Origin: Spironucleus salmonicida
Taxonomy: Eukaryota
Assembly (NCBI RefSeq): GCF_000497125.1
Contig: NC_090603.1
Location: 558,001-622,000, forward strand
DNA length: 64,000 nt
Reading direction: 5' to 3'
A program made the translations under genes and the position numbers. Numbering within the stretch: the first letter of the stretch is position 1; every line of letters begins with the position of its first letter. The notes under the pieces are model-generated. The model was not told the origin of the DNA. It ran no database searches and saw only the letters and a program-made list of their open reading frames with translations. Positions 14,815-26,962 of this stretch are shown piece by piece.

Positions 14815-15040
14815 ATTAAACATCTGTGGATATAATTTATATTCAATATATAATATTGAGTAAGTAAAATTTAATTTGTTAAATATATATTTTTATATAT
14901 TTTGAATAAAAATAAAAATAGAAGAAACCGAGTTTATAGGAAAATCAGATAACTTTATAATGAATACTAAATGTAATATAATAGTTTTATTAAATTCTAA
15001 ATAGTGTATTATTAATAATATAGATTAAGTAAAATTTCTC

Positions 15041-15066
15041 TAACCTGTATCGTTTAACCTGTATCG
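15041..15066. repeat. direct tandem repeat taacctgtatcg x2 (period 14) upstream of the gene at 15121
   Basis: Exact 12-mer at 15041-15052 and 15055-15066 within AT-rich intergenic DNA. Confidence 0.85.
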
Positions 15067-15120
15067 CATCCTTAGGGAGCAATGATATTATATATTATAT
15101 ACTATGTTAGAACTTTATAA

Positions 15121-15930
15121 ATGGGAGCAGATTTCTCAACAAAGTGGTTTGATGCCGCATATTCCAACAATGTTAAGATATTATAAGAGTTAAAGATGTA
15201 TAATATCATAGAAGAAAGCAGTAGTTCAAGTAGGCATGGATTTGGTGCAATTCACTATGCGAGTTATTTTGGTAATAAATAGGCAGTTGAGTTTTTAGAG
15301 ACTAAAGAAGCAAGCTTGCTCACAAAATATCCAGTATGGTTAGCTTTGAATACACGAGATAATAAAAAGGTATTATTCCCAGAAGGCTTAAGTTACTAAT
15401 GTATCCTTGCATTATAAGGCAAATCACAGTTACTTATTGACAGCATACTAAGGATTGGTGTTATAAGGTCAGAGATTCCATTATTTTGTTGTTTGATAAT
15501 CGGTAATTAATATCATATCATGAGGGATTTCAACCAACGAATATTCGCTAATGTAGTCAAAAATAGCTCAATATACAGCAATCCATTGTTAGTTGCTGCT
15601 ATTCTCGGTCATATATAGTATATTAACTTTATAACTGATAGTATTAAAAAAGATTCTTATGGAAACAGTACTTGGATGTTAAAAAATGCGTCTAAAAATT
15701 TATAGTAGTATTACAACAAACTTGCATTTAAGGGTTTATAAAATATTTCAGGTATAACTTTAGCAATAGAAAATGCAAAAGATTAGATAAAATTCACAAT
15801 ATCCAAACTAGTATATAGGGATATCCTCATGGGCAATAAGATAATGGGATTGCGCTTAGATGAATTTTGTATTAAGACAACCAATGGTATGATGACTCCA
15901 TGCAACTCAATAGACCAACTTTAGAAGTGA
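15121..15930 (+). CDS. single-module ankyrin-like protein, predicted N-myristoylated (269 aa)
   Basis: MGADFSTKWFDAAYSNN...GFGAIHYASYFGNKQAVEFLETKEASLLTKYPVW...FPEGLSYQCILAL; MGxxxS start; stop in AAGTGA. Confidence 0.85.
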
Positions 15931-15941
15931 ATATAGATATC

Positions 15942-16283
15942 TCATTACCTATTTTTATTTTAGAAAAATGATTCGTATTTTCTAGTAATATTTTCAAATC
16001 TATCCATGAGTATGTACATTTGCACTTTAGTAGTATTAATTTTCTAAGATAATGAAGGGCTTAAAGTTTCAGCTTCTGACGAAATTTCAGAAAGTTAATA
16101 ATCAATTTCAACTGTTTGGTCTACTTATTTACTATCAAATATTGGAGGAGCAGGAATATTGACCTTATTTGTGAACTAGTTTAGCTACCTCTAGCTGGAA
16201 GTTTAGCAAATCATCCAGTGTTATGGATTCTTTGCGGTTTGAGAGTCAAATTTAAATTTAGATCTACGGAAAGCATTTTTCAT
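15942..16283 (-). CDS. hypothetical protein (113 aa)
   Basis: Table-6 ORF MKNAFRRSKFKFDSQTAKNPQHW...YESFFQNKNRQ* fills the gap between neighbouring genes. Confidence 0.5.
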
Positions 16284-16326
16284 TTTTAATGCACAATATA
16301 ATAGTAAATATAATGAAATATTGTAA

Positions 16327-16473
16327 ATGAATATATCTAGAGATGCATACATGGCCCTCCTGCAGAGGCAGCGACGCGTGCAGATGAGGCAGAACTTCTA
16401 CTTCTGCGGGGTGGTGCTGAACCTGGTGGCCACCGGCGTGCTGCTGGCGAAGATAGTATCAGTGAGACTATGA
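16327..16473 (+). CDS. small (48 aa) protein with a C-terminal hydrophobic segment
   Basis: MNISRDAYMALLQRQRRVQMRQNFYFCGVVLNLVATGVLLAKIVSVRL*; strong GC3 codon bias in this frame from 16351. Confidence 0.55.
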   Translation: MNISRDAYMALLQRQRRVQMRQNFYFCGVVLNLVATGVLLAKIVSVRL

Positions 16474-16682
16474 TGTGCACACTGCCATATAATAATTCTA
16501 TTCCTCCAAATTATAATACAACTCATCGGTTTTTACTTCGGAAACTGCCAGCCTCCCTGCCTGCAGTATGTACATATATAGTATTACATGGAATAAACCA
16601 CAAACACTACACGAAGCCTAATCGTATATAATAACCATACTCCCCATTTTACACAAAATTCCACTTCTACCCCACTCCATCA

Positions 16683-17465
16683 ATGGGATCCTGTGCCACA
16701 CAGCCTTGGTTCGAGGCCGCCTAGGCCAACGACGCCAAGTTCATGAAGGGCGCCAAGCTCATGGGCTCCGTGGACGAGCGCGAGGAGTCGCCCTTCCGCG
16801 GCTTCTCCGCCATCCACTACGCCGCCTACTTCGGCTGCCGCGACGTCATGGACCTCGCCTCCCCGCACGAGCTGGACCTCGTCACGAAGTACCCCGTCAA
16901 GCTCCAGGTGTTCAAGCGCAACAAGGCCGTCGCGATCTTCCCCGCGGGGCTCAGCTTCCAGGGCATCCTCGCCATCTCGGGGCGCTACGAGATCCTGAAG
17001 CAGTCCGTCATCCGGCACGGTGTCATCAAGGCCCCGGTGCCCCTGGCCAGCTGCCTCGTGGTCGGCGTCGGCTTCAAGTTCGCCCGCCAGTTCCAGGACA
17101 TCGTGCTCCAGGACCTCTTCGTCAGGTCGCAGAACCCCTTCTCGAACCCGCTCACGCTCAGCATCGTCATCGGCTTCGGCGAGTTCACCGATCTGCTGCT
17201 CCGCGGCGCGAAGTCCCTGAACTACGGCCGCACGAACTGGATGGTCCAGGACTGCGGCTCGCACTTCTTCCAGATCGGGCAGCTGGACGCCTACCACGCC
17301 CTCAAGAAGCTCCGGCTCTCCATCAAGGAGATCGACGAGGCGAGGACCATGGTCCAGAAGGCCATGTCGGGGCTCGGCTTCCACGCCGACGACACCATGG
17401 GCGGAACCCCGCGCCACTCGCTGTCCATCAAGGACTACGTCAGGCCGGCGTTATTCTCAGATTGA
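16683..17465 (+). CDS. single-module ankyrin-like protein, predicted myristoylated/palmitoylated (260 aa)
   Basis: Extends track ORF 16743-17465 through one TAG: MGSCATQPWFEAAQANDAKFMKG...GFSAIHYAAYFG...TKYPV...FPAGLSFQGILA; Gly2/Cys4/Thr6; C-rich upstream tract. Confidence 0.88.
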
Positions 17466-17524
17466 GTTTCTTTTCGCACTTGCTCCCCGGTCCCCGAGGA
17501 GAGCGCTGTTCCCAAATATATTTT

Positions 17525-19156
17525 TCACTCGGCCCGCAGTTCTGCTGCGATGCTCTCCCCCAGCCCCGGGAGCCTCCGCTGCAGCCGCAGCGCCTGCACG
17601 AGCACCCGGCTGCGCTCCAGCAGGCCCGCGGCTAGCAGCTGCCGCACCTCGGAGTCCGTGAACGCCGTGAGCAGCGAGTAGCAGTTCCCGTTGGGCCACA
17701 TGCTGTGCGCGGCGAGGCTCTGGAGGAAGGCGATGCAGCAGAAGCGCTGGTACGGCAGGGCCTTGACGCCCGCGATGAGGCGCACGATCTGGCTCAGCGT
17801 GACCAGGAACCCCCGCGGCAGCGTGTAGTCGTGGTGGTGGAACCGGCACACGAAGCAGGACTCCTGGTCCACGGCGCGTATCAGCGGCGTGAAGAACTGG
17901 TCGAAGGGGGCGGCCTTCTGCTCGTAGATCGGCTGCAACACCACCATGGGCGCCATCTGCTTCCGGCCCTCGTGGTCCAGGATGTGCCGCTGGAACGAGC
18001 ACTGCACCAGGATGTCGAACACCTCGGAAAGGTCGCCCCTCTGCGTGTTGATGAACGTCATCAAGCTCTTCAGGTACGGATCCACAAAGTGATATGAACG
18101 AAAAGCTAGCATCTTTGTTAAACGTATCATCTATTACGTATCAACTGGTGATGGCATATATGAAAGTAATCTTTATTAAGTTAGTCCCAATATATTATGT
18201 ACAATTGTCTATGTCTGATTGGATAAGAAACCGCTGAATCGTGATTAGTCATATGCTGTTGACGATTCTTGAGTATCCTCTGTTTGTTCATACAAACTAA
18301 CAACAAATACATGTTTTTCATCTTTATATTTATCCTTTGTTGGTATTACACCAGTTGTATCATGTAAATCAATGCAGTATAATTTATTCTCTTCTTAATT
18401 TACTGAAATTAAAAAATCATCAATCATGAACATTTCTTCATATTTTGATGATTCAAGGGTAGCACTGGCTAATATATGCTCCTTATGTTTCCGCTATTAC
18501 AAATTTTACTCTATCATCAGTAAAAATTTGTCAATACTTTCAATGAAAAGCTTTTTTAAAATTGGTTGATTTTATTCAATAAGAATGATTGCTTGTTATT
18601 TTTTAGGCTTCATCAAAACTTATTTTCTATGTTAAGATTAAAATAAGCAGGCAACTCCTGATTCATCACACTTTATTATAATAATATCATTATCTGTTTT
18701 GATGATGAGATAATTTTAAAAAATAATATGCTACTAATATGAACCAGCAAAATGAATGTTATGCTTGAAATGAATAAACAGGCAGCATTTTTTGGATTTA
18801 GGAAATAAAAAATTATAAATTTTGATCTTGTCAAAAGTAATAATTGCAAAATAGTCAAAAGCTAGCCAGAAGAAGGTTATTATTATTTTCTTTATTCGAA
18901 TTCTCACATCATCTTTCATTGCTTCTTAAAATACTATTTTCCTGTTATTATTACGATAGCAATATCGAAAGCCTGCTGACATTGGTTGAATCTTCAAATT
19001 TACCTAATCATTATCAGTGAACAAGTCTGGAATATTGAGTGTCAGAGTTTTATTTGTGCAATTATTTATTACAGTAATTATGTTATTTGGTGTAATAGAT
19101 GATCTAACTAGTGCAATTTATAGTTATTCATCATATTCTTAAATGGAATTTTTCAT
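17525..19156 (-). CDS. RMC1/Mic1-like (Mon1-Ccz1 regulator-like) protein, ~543 aa
   Basis: Continuous table-6 frame joining track ORFs 18734-18919 and 17525-18130. IITFFWLAFDYFAIITFDKIKIYNF resembles the RMC1 N-terminal propeller motif (ILGFCW...IVFIT..GIEFY). Alternative in-frame ATG at 19192. The CDS is more secure than the family call. Confidence 0.6.
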
Positions 19157-19329
19157 TTATACCAAATATATATTTATATTATTATATTGCATAGAGATAT
19201 GTTACGTTTATCAATATCTATTTAAAGACGATATTAAATTATAATCATCACAACAAACTATATTCTAGTTAATTGTTTTATAGTATAATAATGAGGTTCA
19301 TAATTTCTTTCCAGCCACCCTTCCCTAAA

Positions 19330-19707
19330 ATGGAAAACCCTCTTGTACCATCAAACCCAACACCGTCAATTCCAACCCTATCAAAATCATAAAAACGATC
19401 TTTTAAATTACAAAAGCGATAGAATAAAATTACTTTTGATCCAAAGGATATGCACAATTTTGCAAACTAAGCGTAAGCACGACACAAAGAACGTTAACTC
19501 AAATATAATACTAAAAAATTAGTATTGAAATAAGAAGAGGAAAAGTAGATTAGAAATGAGAAAAACTCACTGAGTGGAGTGAAGATTCAAAGCGGTATTG
19601 CTATTTTAAAAAAAGTTAAGAAAGTTAACAGTATGACAATTGAGGACATTAAAAAGAGATTATTAGAGCTCTAAAATGAGGGAGAAAGCGAAGTAGATGC
19701 TGAATGA
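19330..19707 (+). CDS. basic 125-aa protein, possibly Nop25/Rrp17 (NOL12)-like
   Basis: MENPLVPSNPTPSIPTLSKSQKRSFKLQKRQNKITFDPKDMHNF...; ITFD motif followed by a basic coiled coil; family assignment weak. Confidence 0.6.
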
Positions 19708-20564
19708 GAAAATATTTTTATAGTGATTATATAAAAATTATTTTTAATTATAATAAATGAAATTTTATTACAGTTTTGTAATTTTCTATCAATATTAATA
19801 AAAATTAATAATAACTGGAATAAGATTGTTTGTTATGTTATCAACTTACTAACTATACTATTATACCAATATTCGTTTCATCATAATCTCTTAATATTTA
19901 AATCACTTTGATAAATTAAAAAAAAATATTAAGATTAATATCAATTTTATGTAATAATAGAATTTACATTACTAATCCAACTACATTTTTATAATATTTA
20001 GTCGTTATTAAATAGTTTGTTAGGCTATACTATTAAAATTATAGTTATAATAACAAATTAATATGGATACCATAAGACCAAGTTAATAAATATTAAACAC
20101 CATATTAGTTTGATCTAAAATTGCCTAATGCAAATATTTATAATCTATAACTATGAACAATCCTCCAGTAAGCTGAATTTTTTAATCACAATTAAAAGGA
20201 GAACGTATTATCTATTTATTTTTACTTTAGATAAATATCAGTAAATAAATATTCAATAATAATGTAATAGCATTCGCTATTAATGAGGTAAACGATGTAT
20301 AAACTTAAGAAACGAATAAATTAATTTTTAAACATACTGATAATACTATAATATATACAATTTAATGAAAATTTAATATTTGATTGTTTAAAATTCGTAT
20401 ATTAAAACCTTATATCATTATGTTTAGAACAAAAAATAATTTAGATATTAGAAAATATACTATCATATATTATATATTAATCTAATATTATATCTTATAA
20501 ATAACTTATTTTGTTACATATTATAATGCTAATAACTAATCCGCTTCATTTCAAATTCCGCAAA

Positions 20565-22820
20565 ATGGCTGCATCATTTGAAGATATCGCAGAAGTTCCC
20601 CAGATATAGTTCGATTCATTTTTTGGATTTTCAGGACAACTTACACGTGGTATTCACGTAATGCCTGATGGAAATGAGCTTGTATATGCATGTGGTTCAC
20701 ATGTTGCTTTCCTCCCTATGCAAGAACGTCCAAATAAAGAATTATTAAATAAGAGAGTCCCAGAATTACGCCGTGTTGGTGGTGGATTTGCTGCTCCTCG
20801 TCAGCGTGCCTTTGGTGGGTCAACTACTAAGCCTAATGCTTCACTTATTATTACCAAGTAAGAGAAGCCTCTGTTAGAACAGCATTCAGTTTTAGATGTT
20901 CCTGAGTAGCTTGATACTAATATTGTTGTACCTGGTTCAATGATTCGCCCCGCTTTAGTTTCTGGTCATACTCAATATATTTCTGCTATGGCATTGTCTA
21001 ACTCTGGTAGATATTTAATTACAGGTACTGTAGGCACTTCTAATGAATAGCCTGAGATTATTGTATGGGATGCTTAAGAAAAGTGTGCACTAAATTTATA
21101 AAGAAATCATAAAAACTCAATAGCTGATATTGCTATTTCCCCAAATGAAACATTCTTTGTTACTTTAGGTGAAGATAATTTATTAGTTATTTACCCTCTA
21201 AATGACTCTTACGATTTCCCAATTTTCAAAGCTTTAGCTGGTCGTTAATTTTAAGTTTCTTGTAACTTAAAAACTCTTTGTATAGTAGATGATAACACTA
21301 TTATAGTAGGTGGTGATGATTATTTAAACTTCCTTTCTTTTGACGGAGTTAAGAGATCTATATTTGATAATCAAGTTAGGCTTCCTTTAAGGAGAAAATT
21401 CAATTGCATGAAACTTATTTAAGGGTTTGTTTATGCAGGAACTGAATAAGGTGATGTAATCAAAATCGACCCTGCTAAATAAACTGGATTAGCAGCTTGC
21501 CCTGCTAAGAAACCATTCCCAGGTTCTGTAACTTCAATAACCGAAAACGATTAGGGAAATTTGATTATTTCGACTACAGCTGGTTCTATTTACATGATTA
21601 GAACTGATACTATGTAAGCAGTATCCTGTAACGAATTACCTTCAGATACTGGTGTCGGTTCTGCTACATCAGCATATAATTCTTCAGCTTTAAATACTGC
21701 AGTGTCGTCATCAATGGCCATGGAAAAGGAGTTAAAAGATGATATTATCAAATCTTACGCAGTTAGAGCAGTTAATGCTGTTTCTAATGGTGTTGCTTGC
21801 CTTGCTGGCTCTGTTTCAGGTGCCGGTTCATATATTTATGCTATCGGGCCTAATTCGCTTTGCAGAATCAACAAAACTTCCCTTGAAGTCAGATTACTAT
21901 AAACTGCATGCCCTGCAGTGATATCACCTTATGGTATTGCTTAAATTGCTACCCCTCGTGATTTCTCTAGAATTTTCGTATCTGCATGTGGTAATTTTAT
22001 CTCATGTTGGAGTTCTGTTACAGGTTCCGAAATTCTTAGAATTTCAGTTCCTAATACTCGTGTTTTATGCTGTATAATTAGTGCAGATGGTACTTAATTG
22101 ATTTCTGGATGGTCCGATGGATGCATTCGTTCTCACGGACCTTCTACTGGTAAGAATCTTTGGATCATAAATAGCGCTCATGATGGCCCAGTTTGTTCTT
22201 TGGCTCAAAGCTATGATGGATCATTTATTGTTTCTGGAGGTGCCGATGCTAAGGTTTGCTTATTCAACACAATTACATAATAACTATTAGATGTTCACTA
22301 AGGTCATAAAGGTAGAGTATTAGCTATGAGTTCAATTTTATAAGATGATGGAGATGAATAATTTGCTTCTGGTTGCGAAAGTGGATACGTTCAATCTTTC
22401 AGACTGGTTATTACCAAGAGCTCAGCTTCTATTTAAGGCAAGCTCCATGCTTTATGGAACTCTCGTACTGAAGGGTCATGCAGAGGTCTTTGCCAGCTCC
22501 GTGATGGAAGCCAAATTTTAGCTGTCGGGAGTGGCGGTATGATCTGGTTTTAATGTGGTAAAAATGGCGGCAGTATTTTAAGAGCTTTGCCTCTTCCTGA
22601 TATGGGTACAGCTTGCTGTAGTGAAGAAAGAGGCGATTAATGCAAAATTATCATAGGTACGGCTAATGGTTGGACTTTTATTGTAGATTGGGATACTGGT
22701 ATCATTGAGAGGAAGTTATAAATTAACAGTGGTGAAGTACACTGTTGCAGTTGCGTAGAAAGTGTTGGTTTTGTAGGTGGAAATGACGGTTGTATAGTAT
22801 CTTTTGGCCTCTGGGAGTGA
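20565..22820 (+). CDS. CFAP52: WD40 protein CFAP52/WDR16 (axonemal microtubule inner protein), 751 aa
   Basis: QFDSFFGFSGQLTRGIHVMPDGNELVYACG, GHTQYISAMALSNSGRYLITG and ISGWSDGCIRSHGPSTGKNLWIINSAH match characteristic CFAP52 segments; stop GAGTGA. Confidence 0.85.
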
Positions 22821-23081
22821 AATTCAAATTATTTTATAGTTTTTAAAATTCTTAAAGAAAAGGTTATATTAGAGATTTTATCTTTATATATGATAAATAA
22901 TATAATTTTATTAATTAATAGTTCCTTACTATTATTCAATTTTTATCACTTTAATTATTTGGTAATTATAAAATTATTATTTTTATTATGTAAATATATT
23001 TAGTGTGTAGAAAAAAATCATGCTTTATTAATTATATTCTAGTAATAATATCAACCAATACTCCGCATAAAAATAAACAAA

Positions 23082-23873
23082 ATGGACTCTGAATAATAAA
23101 AAGCATAAATAGCATCAGTACTCTCACGAGCCGCAGATTCAACACGCTAGCCTTATAAACTTACTTATGTACAACAAAATCCTATTGTCGGTCCTGGAAC
23201 TTATGAGCCACACCAACCATAACCTAATCGATCAGTTTCTATTTCATCAGCACCAAGGACTTTTTTACTAAAAAATAAAAATTTTACTTCTAAGGCGGAT
23301 CCAGAGAATCCATAAGTTGGACCAGGTACTTATACCCCTATTTATAAGCATTCTTCCAATTTTGCTTTTTCCCAAACGTCACGATATTAGTATAAGGCCA
23401 CGTGCTGGTCATAAGCTGTTTCAGGCGATGTTGCTGTTTTATGCGCGGAGCCAAACCCCTAAACTTACTAAAAAGTTTCTGCCTGGCGTTCTAAGTCAGC
23501 AGGACAAAATATTTAGACGCCAAGAAATCTTGTCAGCTATACTATCTAAGAAAGAATGGCAGAAAAACATGCGATGCAGAAAAATTATACACCCGGACCT
23601 GGCCATTTTAACATCAGAAGAGGTTCAGATTCGTAACAGCCATAGTTCTATAAGACATAGCGGAATATGGAGTTTAAAATTAACCTAAACCCGCACATCA
23701 GAGGAAAAGCAGGAAATGATGTACCTGGACCTGGCAGCTACAATATTCGTGGAATGACTGCGCAAGGCGGATTTAGAGTCAACAGAGGAATTTATATGAG
23801 CAAATACGGAAGAGGCTGGGACCACCTGCCAAAAGTTACAAGCAAAACCGAAAAGCTGGAAATCGACTATTGA
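23082..23873 (+). CDS. SHIPPO/ODF3-like PGPGxY-repeat flagellar protein (263 aa)
   Basis: Repeats VGPGTYEP, VGPGTYTP, TPGPGHF, VPGPGSYN in one table-6 frame ending at the stop of track ORF 23667-23873. Confidence 0.85.
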
Positions 23874-23923
23874 TTTTCTCAGCACTCGCAGAGCGAGACC
23901 CCAGTGAAACATAATCGTTTAAT

Positions 23924-26893
23924 TCACAAAAACTCAACAATCAGCCTCTAGCTGATATCCTCGTATTCAAACTGCTCGCTGCAGGCCCCCAGACCCTGCT
24001 GAATGTACGCTCTGCGCTCAATGTCCAGATTCTTCACCTTTTCAACCAGAACCGCATTCTCCCCTTTGGCATTCGCAAGCTCGCGGCGCATGTTTTCGAC
24101 CATGACGTCCACAGTTTCGCCCTTTTGGTTCAGAGTCGCCCGCAGTACCTCATTTTCGAGCCTCTAGCGCTCATTTTCGTCCCGCAGCACCTCCATTTGA
24201 CTCGAATTCGACAAGTTATTATTATACAAATTCTGACTTCGTTATATCAGTTCCTGGACAATTTCCTGATTGTTGCTGTCCTTAAGCGACTGTTTCAGCC
24301 TCTAATTTTCGCTCTGGAGCCCGGAAACGGCATTCCTGAGCGTCTGAATTTCGACCTGCAGGACCTCGCTCTGGATTTGGTAATTTGCAGTTTCGCCTTC
24401 AAATTCACTTTGAAATGCGATTTCCACTTTACTTCGCAATTTCGAAATTTCCGCTTCTTTTCGGGCCGAATTTATCGAATTTGACGCCATTTTCGTCCTC
24501 AAAAGGTCGTTTTCGTGGCAGTAAAACTTCGCCTGCGAGTGGAACTTCGCGATTTCCTTCCGCAGCACCGCCAGCTGCTGCGCCTGAACGCGATTTTGCT
24601 CCGTTTGAATTTGCAGCTTTTCGTTAATATTAGAAGCGGAAAGTTGATTTGTAATTGACTTCTGCTTGAAATTTGTGAAATTCGCCTTCAGCTTCGTTAC
24701 CAGCTGCGTGCGCCAGGCCTAAAACGCGTTTTTGAGGGTCGAAAAGTTGCGTTTTGAGTGCGAAATTGAGCGCGTTTTCAGGCGCCAAATACTGAAAATT
24801 AGGCGGTTTTGGGCGCAAGAATGCTTGGCTGTGAAATTTGCGTTCTTCGTCGTCAGAAATTGGTTGAATTTGATTTATTGCGTCAATTTTGAGAGCTTTT
24901 CGCGCCAAATTTTGAGTTTTTAGGAAGCAAAAATAAGTTATTTTTATCGTATTATTATATTGTAATTTTTAAAATTATTATTTTTTTATTTCCACTCCAA
25001 AAAACTGGTAGAAACTAATTATTAAATTTTTTGTTGGTGAAGTTATTGTGATATAATGATCGCATTTTCTTTGCGTTGAGTTATTTTGCTCCAGTTTTGG
25101 AAATAAGCTCTTTTGATCCACTTTCCGACCATTTTGTCTAAATTTTGGCCTAATTTCCGTGGCGCAGTAAATTTAGATCGATATGCGGCAAAAGCAATGT
25201 TTTTGATCCTAAATTAACATTTTTTATCGATGTTTTTCTCTATAGTGTCCATTTATCGATTTTTAAACAGCAGTTTGCGTATGCTGATTGTCATAATTCG
25301 GAACGGAATAAACTTGCAAATGTATTTATTTAGCTCGTCTGCTTTAATTTTATCCTGGTTAATAACTCGGACAGGTTTAAAACCTTCTAAAATATTGCGT
25401 TAGCGCCACTTTTTGAAGCTGTTTCTGAAGCTCAAATTCTGAGTTTTTAGTAAGTAAAAGTCTGCTTTTTAGCTCAATTTAAACTATTATCGTAATTGCT
25501 AAAAGCATAGGATCTTGAGTTTTTTCGAACTTCTAAAATCAATGTTTTGGCTCATATTTTTTAAGCTTATTTAATGCAGTGTGTTAGATTTAAACAGCTG
25601 AAAAGCCCATGAAAATCGCAGTTTTTGGACATTTTTTTGAAATTTTTCGGTTTTCTTGAAGGTAAGAATTTCTGTTGCTAATAGCTCGCAGTGTTATGAC
25701 AGTTATGTTATTTTTGTTGTTTCTGTTTTGGCCGTCATTTATGTAGCTTTTAAGGCTTATTAAGCTTCTTAAAGTAGTTTTTCAAGAGCTATAGATTTTT
25801 GCTTAGACTCAATTATGGATTATTAATATGTTTTATTAGCTTTTTATAGGTCAGTAATAGAATTTTACTTTTTATCATTCTCTATGTTGAGGGTGTTGAT
25901 TTTTTATAGAGATTATTATATGTTGTCTTAGTTAATTTTCTGATGTTCTAAAATTTGATTTTTCAATGTTTCTAGTTAATTTTTCATCTTTAAAACATCC
26001 GATTTATCGATTTACTCTCTATATGTATCAGAGTGAAGCAAATCTTCGTTTAAAAATTAAGATTTTTACAAAGTTTGTGGTTAAGTTAATTAAAATGAAG
26101 AATCTAGTTATAACTACTCATTTTAATTCTACTATAACATACACTAGCTATTATTGTTTTAAACCTCACTAGTTTACTAGTAATTAACTTTAGGAGTCTA
26201 ATTAGCCTAGAATTAAACCACTGACTACTAAGGGAGCTTTGTTGATCCATTTGTACTATTAAATTGTGTTCTGTAAAGTGAAAAATTCATATTTTAATTA
26301 CAAGTAGCGAGCTCATTTTATACCTAAACAGATATGGCATCGTAAATAGACCTCCATGGTGCTCGTGATCTTTTTGATTTTTCTTTTAATACTTTTTCGT
26401 AAAGCACGCGTTAAGGATCTAATTTGCTATTTTTGATGTTCAAAATTGTTTAGATTTCTTAAATTAAAAGCTAGTCTTTTTAAAATACTTCTTCTAGTAT
26501 AATACAAGCTTACAACTTATCATTTTACGTTATTTGAATTCCATCTAAATCTTATAATTATGGAAGCATATTGATTAATTTAAGCCTGTATAGAGGATGT
26601 GTCGATATAGGATTAAGATCCATTCGCAGAGAAATTAAATTGGGGAGTGGTTCTAGATAGGTTATTTCGTCAAAATCATCAACACGATTAGCCGATAAAG
26701 AAAGCTTTTCCAAACATTAAAACTGTACTAATCCCGCTAAAGAAACAATTTTATTTTATGACAATAATAATTATGTTGCTACAATATACTAGGATGGAAT
26801 AGTGTCAAGTTCAGAAATATTGCAGTTAACCGCTTTAATAATGGGCATCTTAAAATTCATCCGACCCAATACTGAGGATAGCGTTTGTTACAT
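23924..26893 (-). CDS. N-terminal LRR/LRRcap + coiled-coil protein with Sfi1-like Trp repeats (989 aa)
   Basis: Fully translated by hand: LLLSQNKIVSLAGL..LEKLSLSANRV..LISLRMDLNPISTHPLYRLKLINMLPQLQDLDG (LRRcap); later FKKWRQR, FQNWSK, FLEWKQK, FSIWRLK, FQAWRTQ. Confidence 0.8.
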
Positions 26894-26962
26894 AATGAAA
26901 AGAAGAAAATTTTTAAAGAATGTTAATAATAATATATAGTTTTACAAAAAGACATTTTTAAG

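Noticed and set aside
16006-16473. Plus-strand frame with a single internal TGA (16240-16242) as a possible selenoprotein
   Set aside because: No redox-motif context or SECIS seen; better explained by separate ORFs 15942-16283(-) and 16327-16473(+)
16680-18097. Track ORFs 16680-17417(-), 16706-17635(+), 17457-18002(-), 17705-18097(+)
   Set aside because: Arg/Gly/Pro-rich off-frame or antisense products of the GC island; the real frames are 16683-17465(+) and 17525-19156(-)
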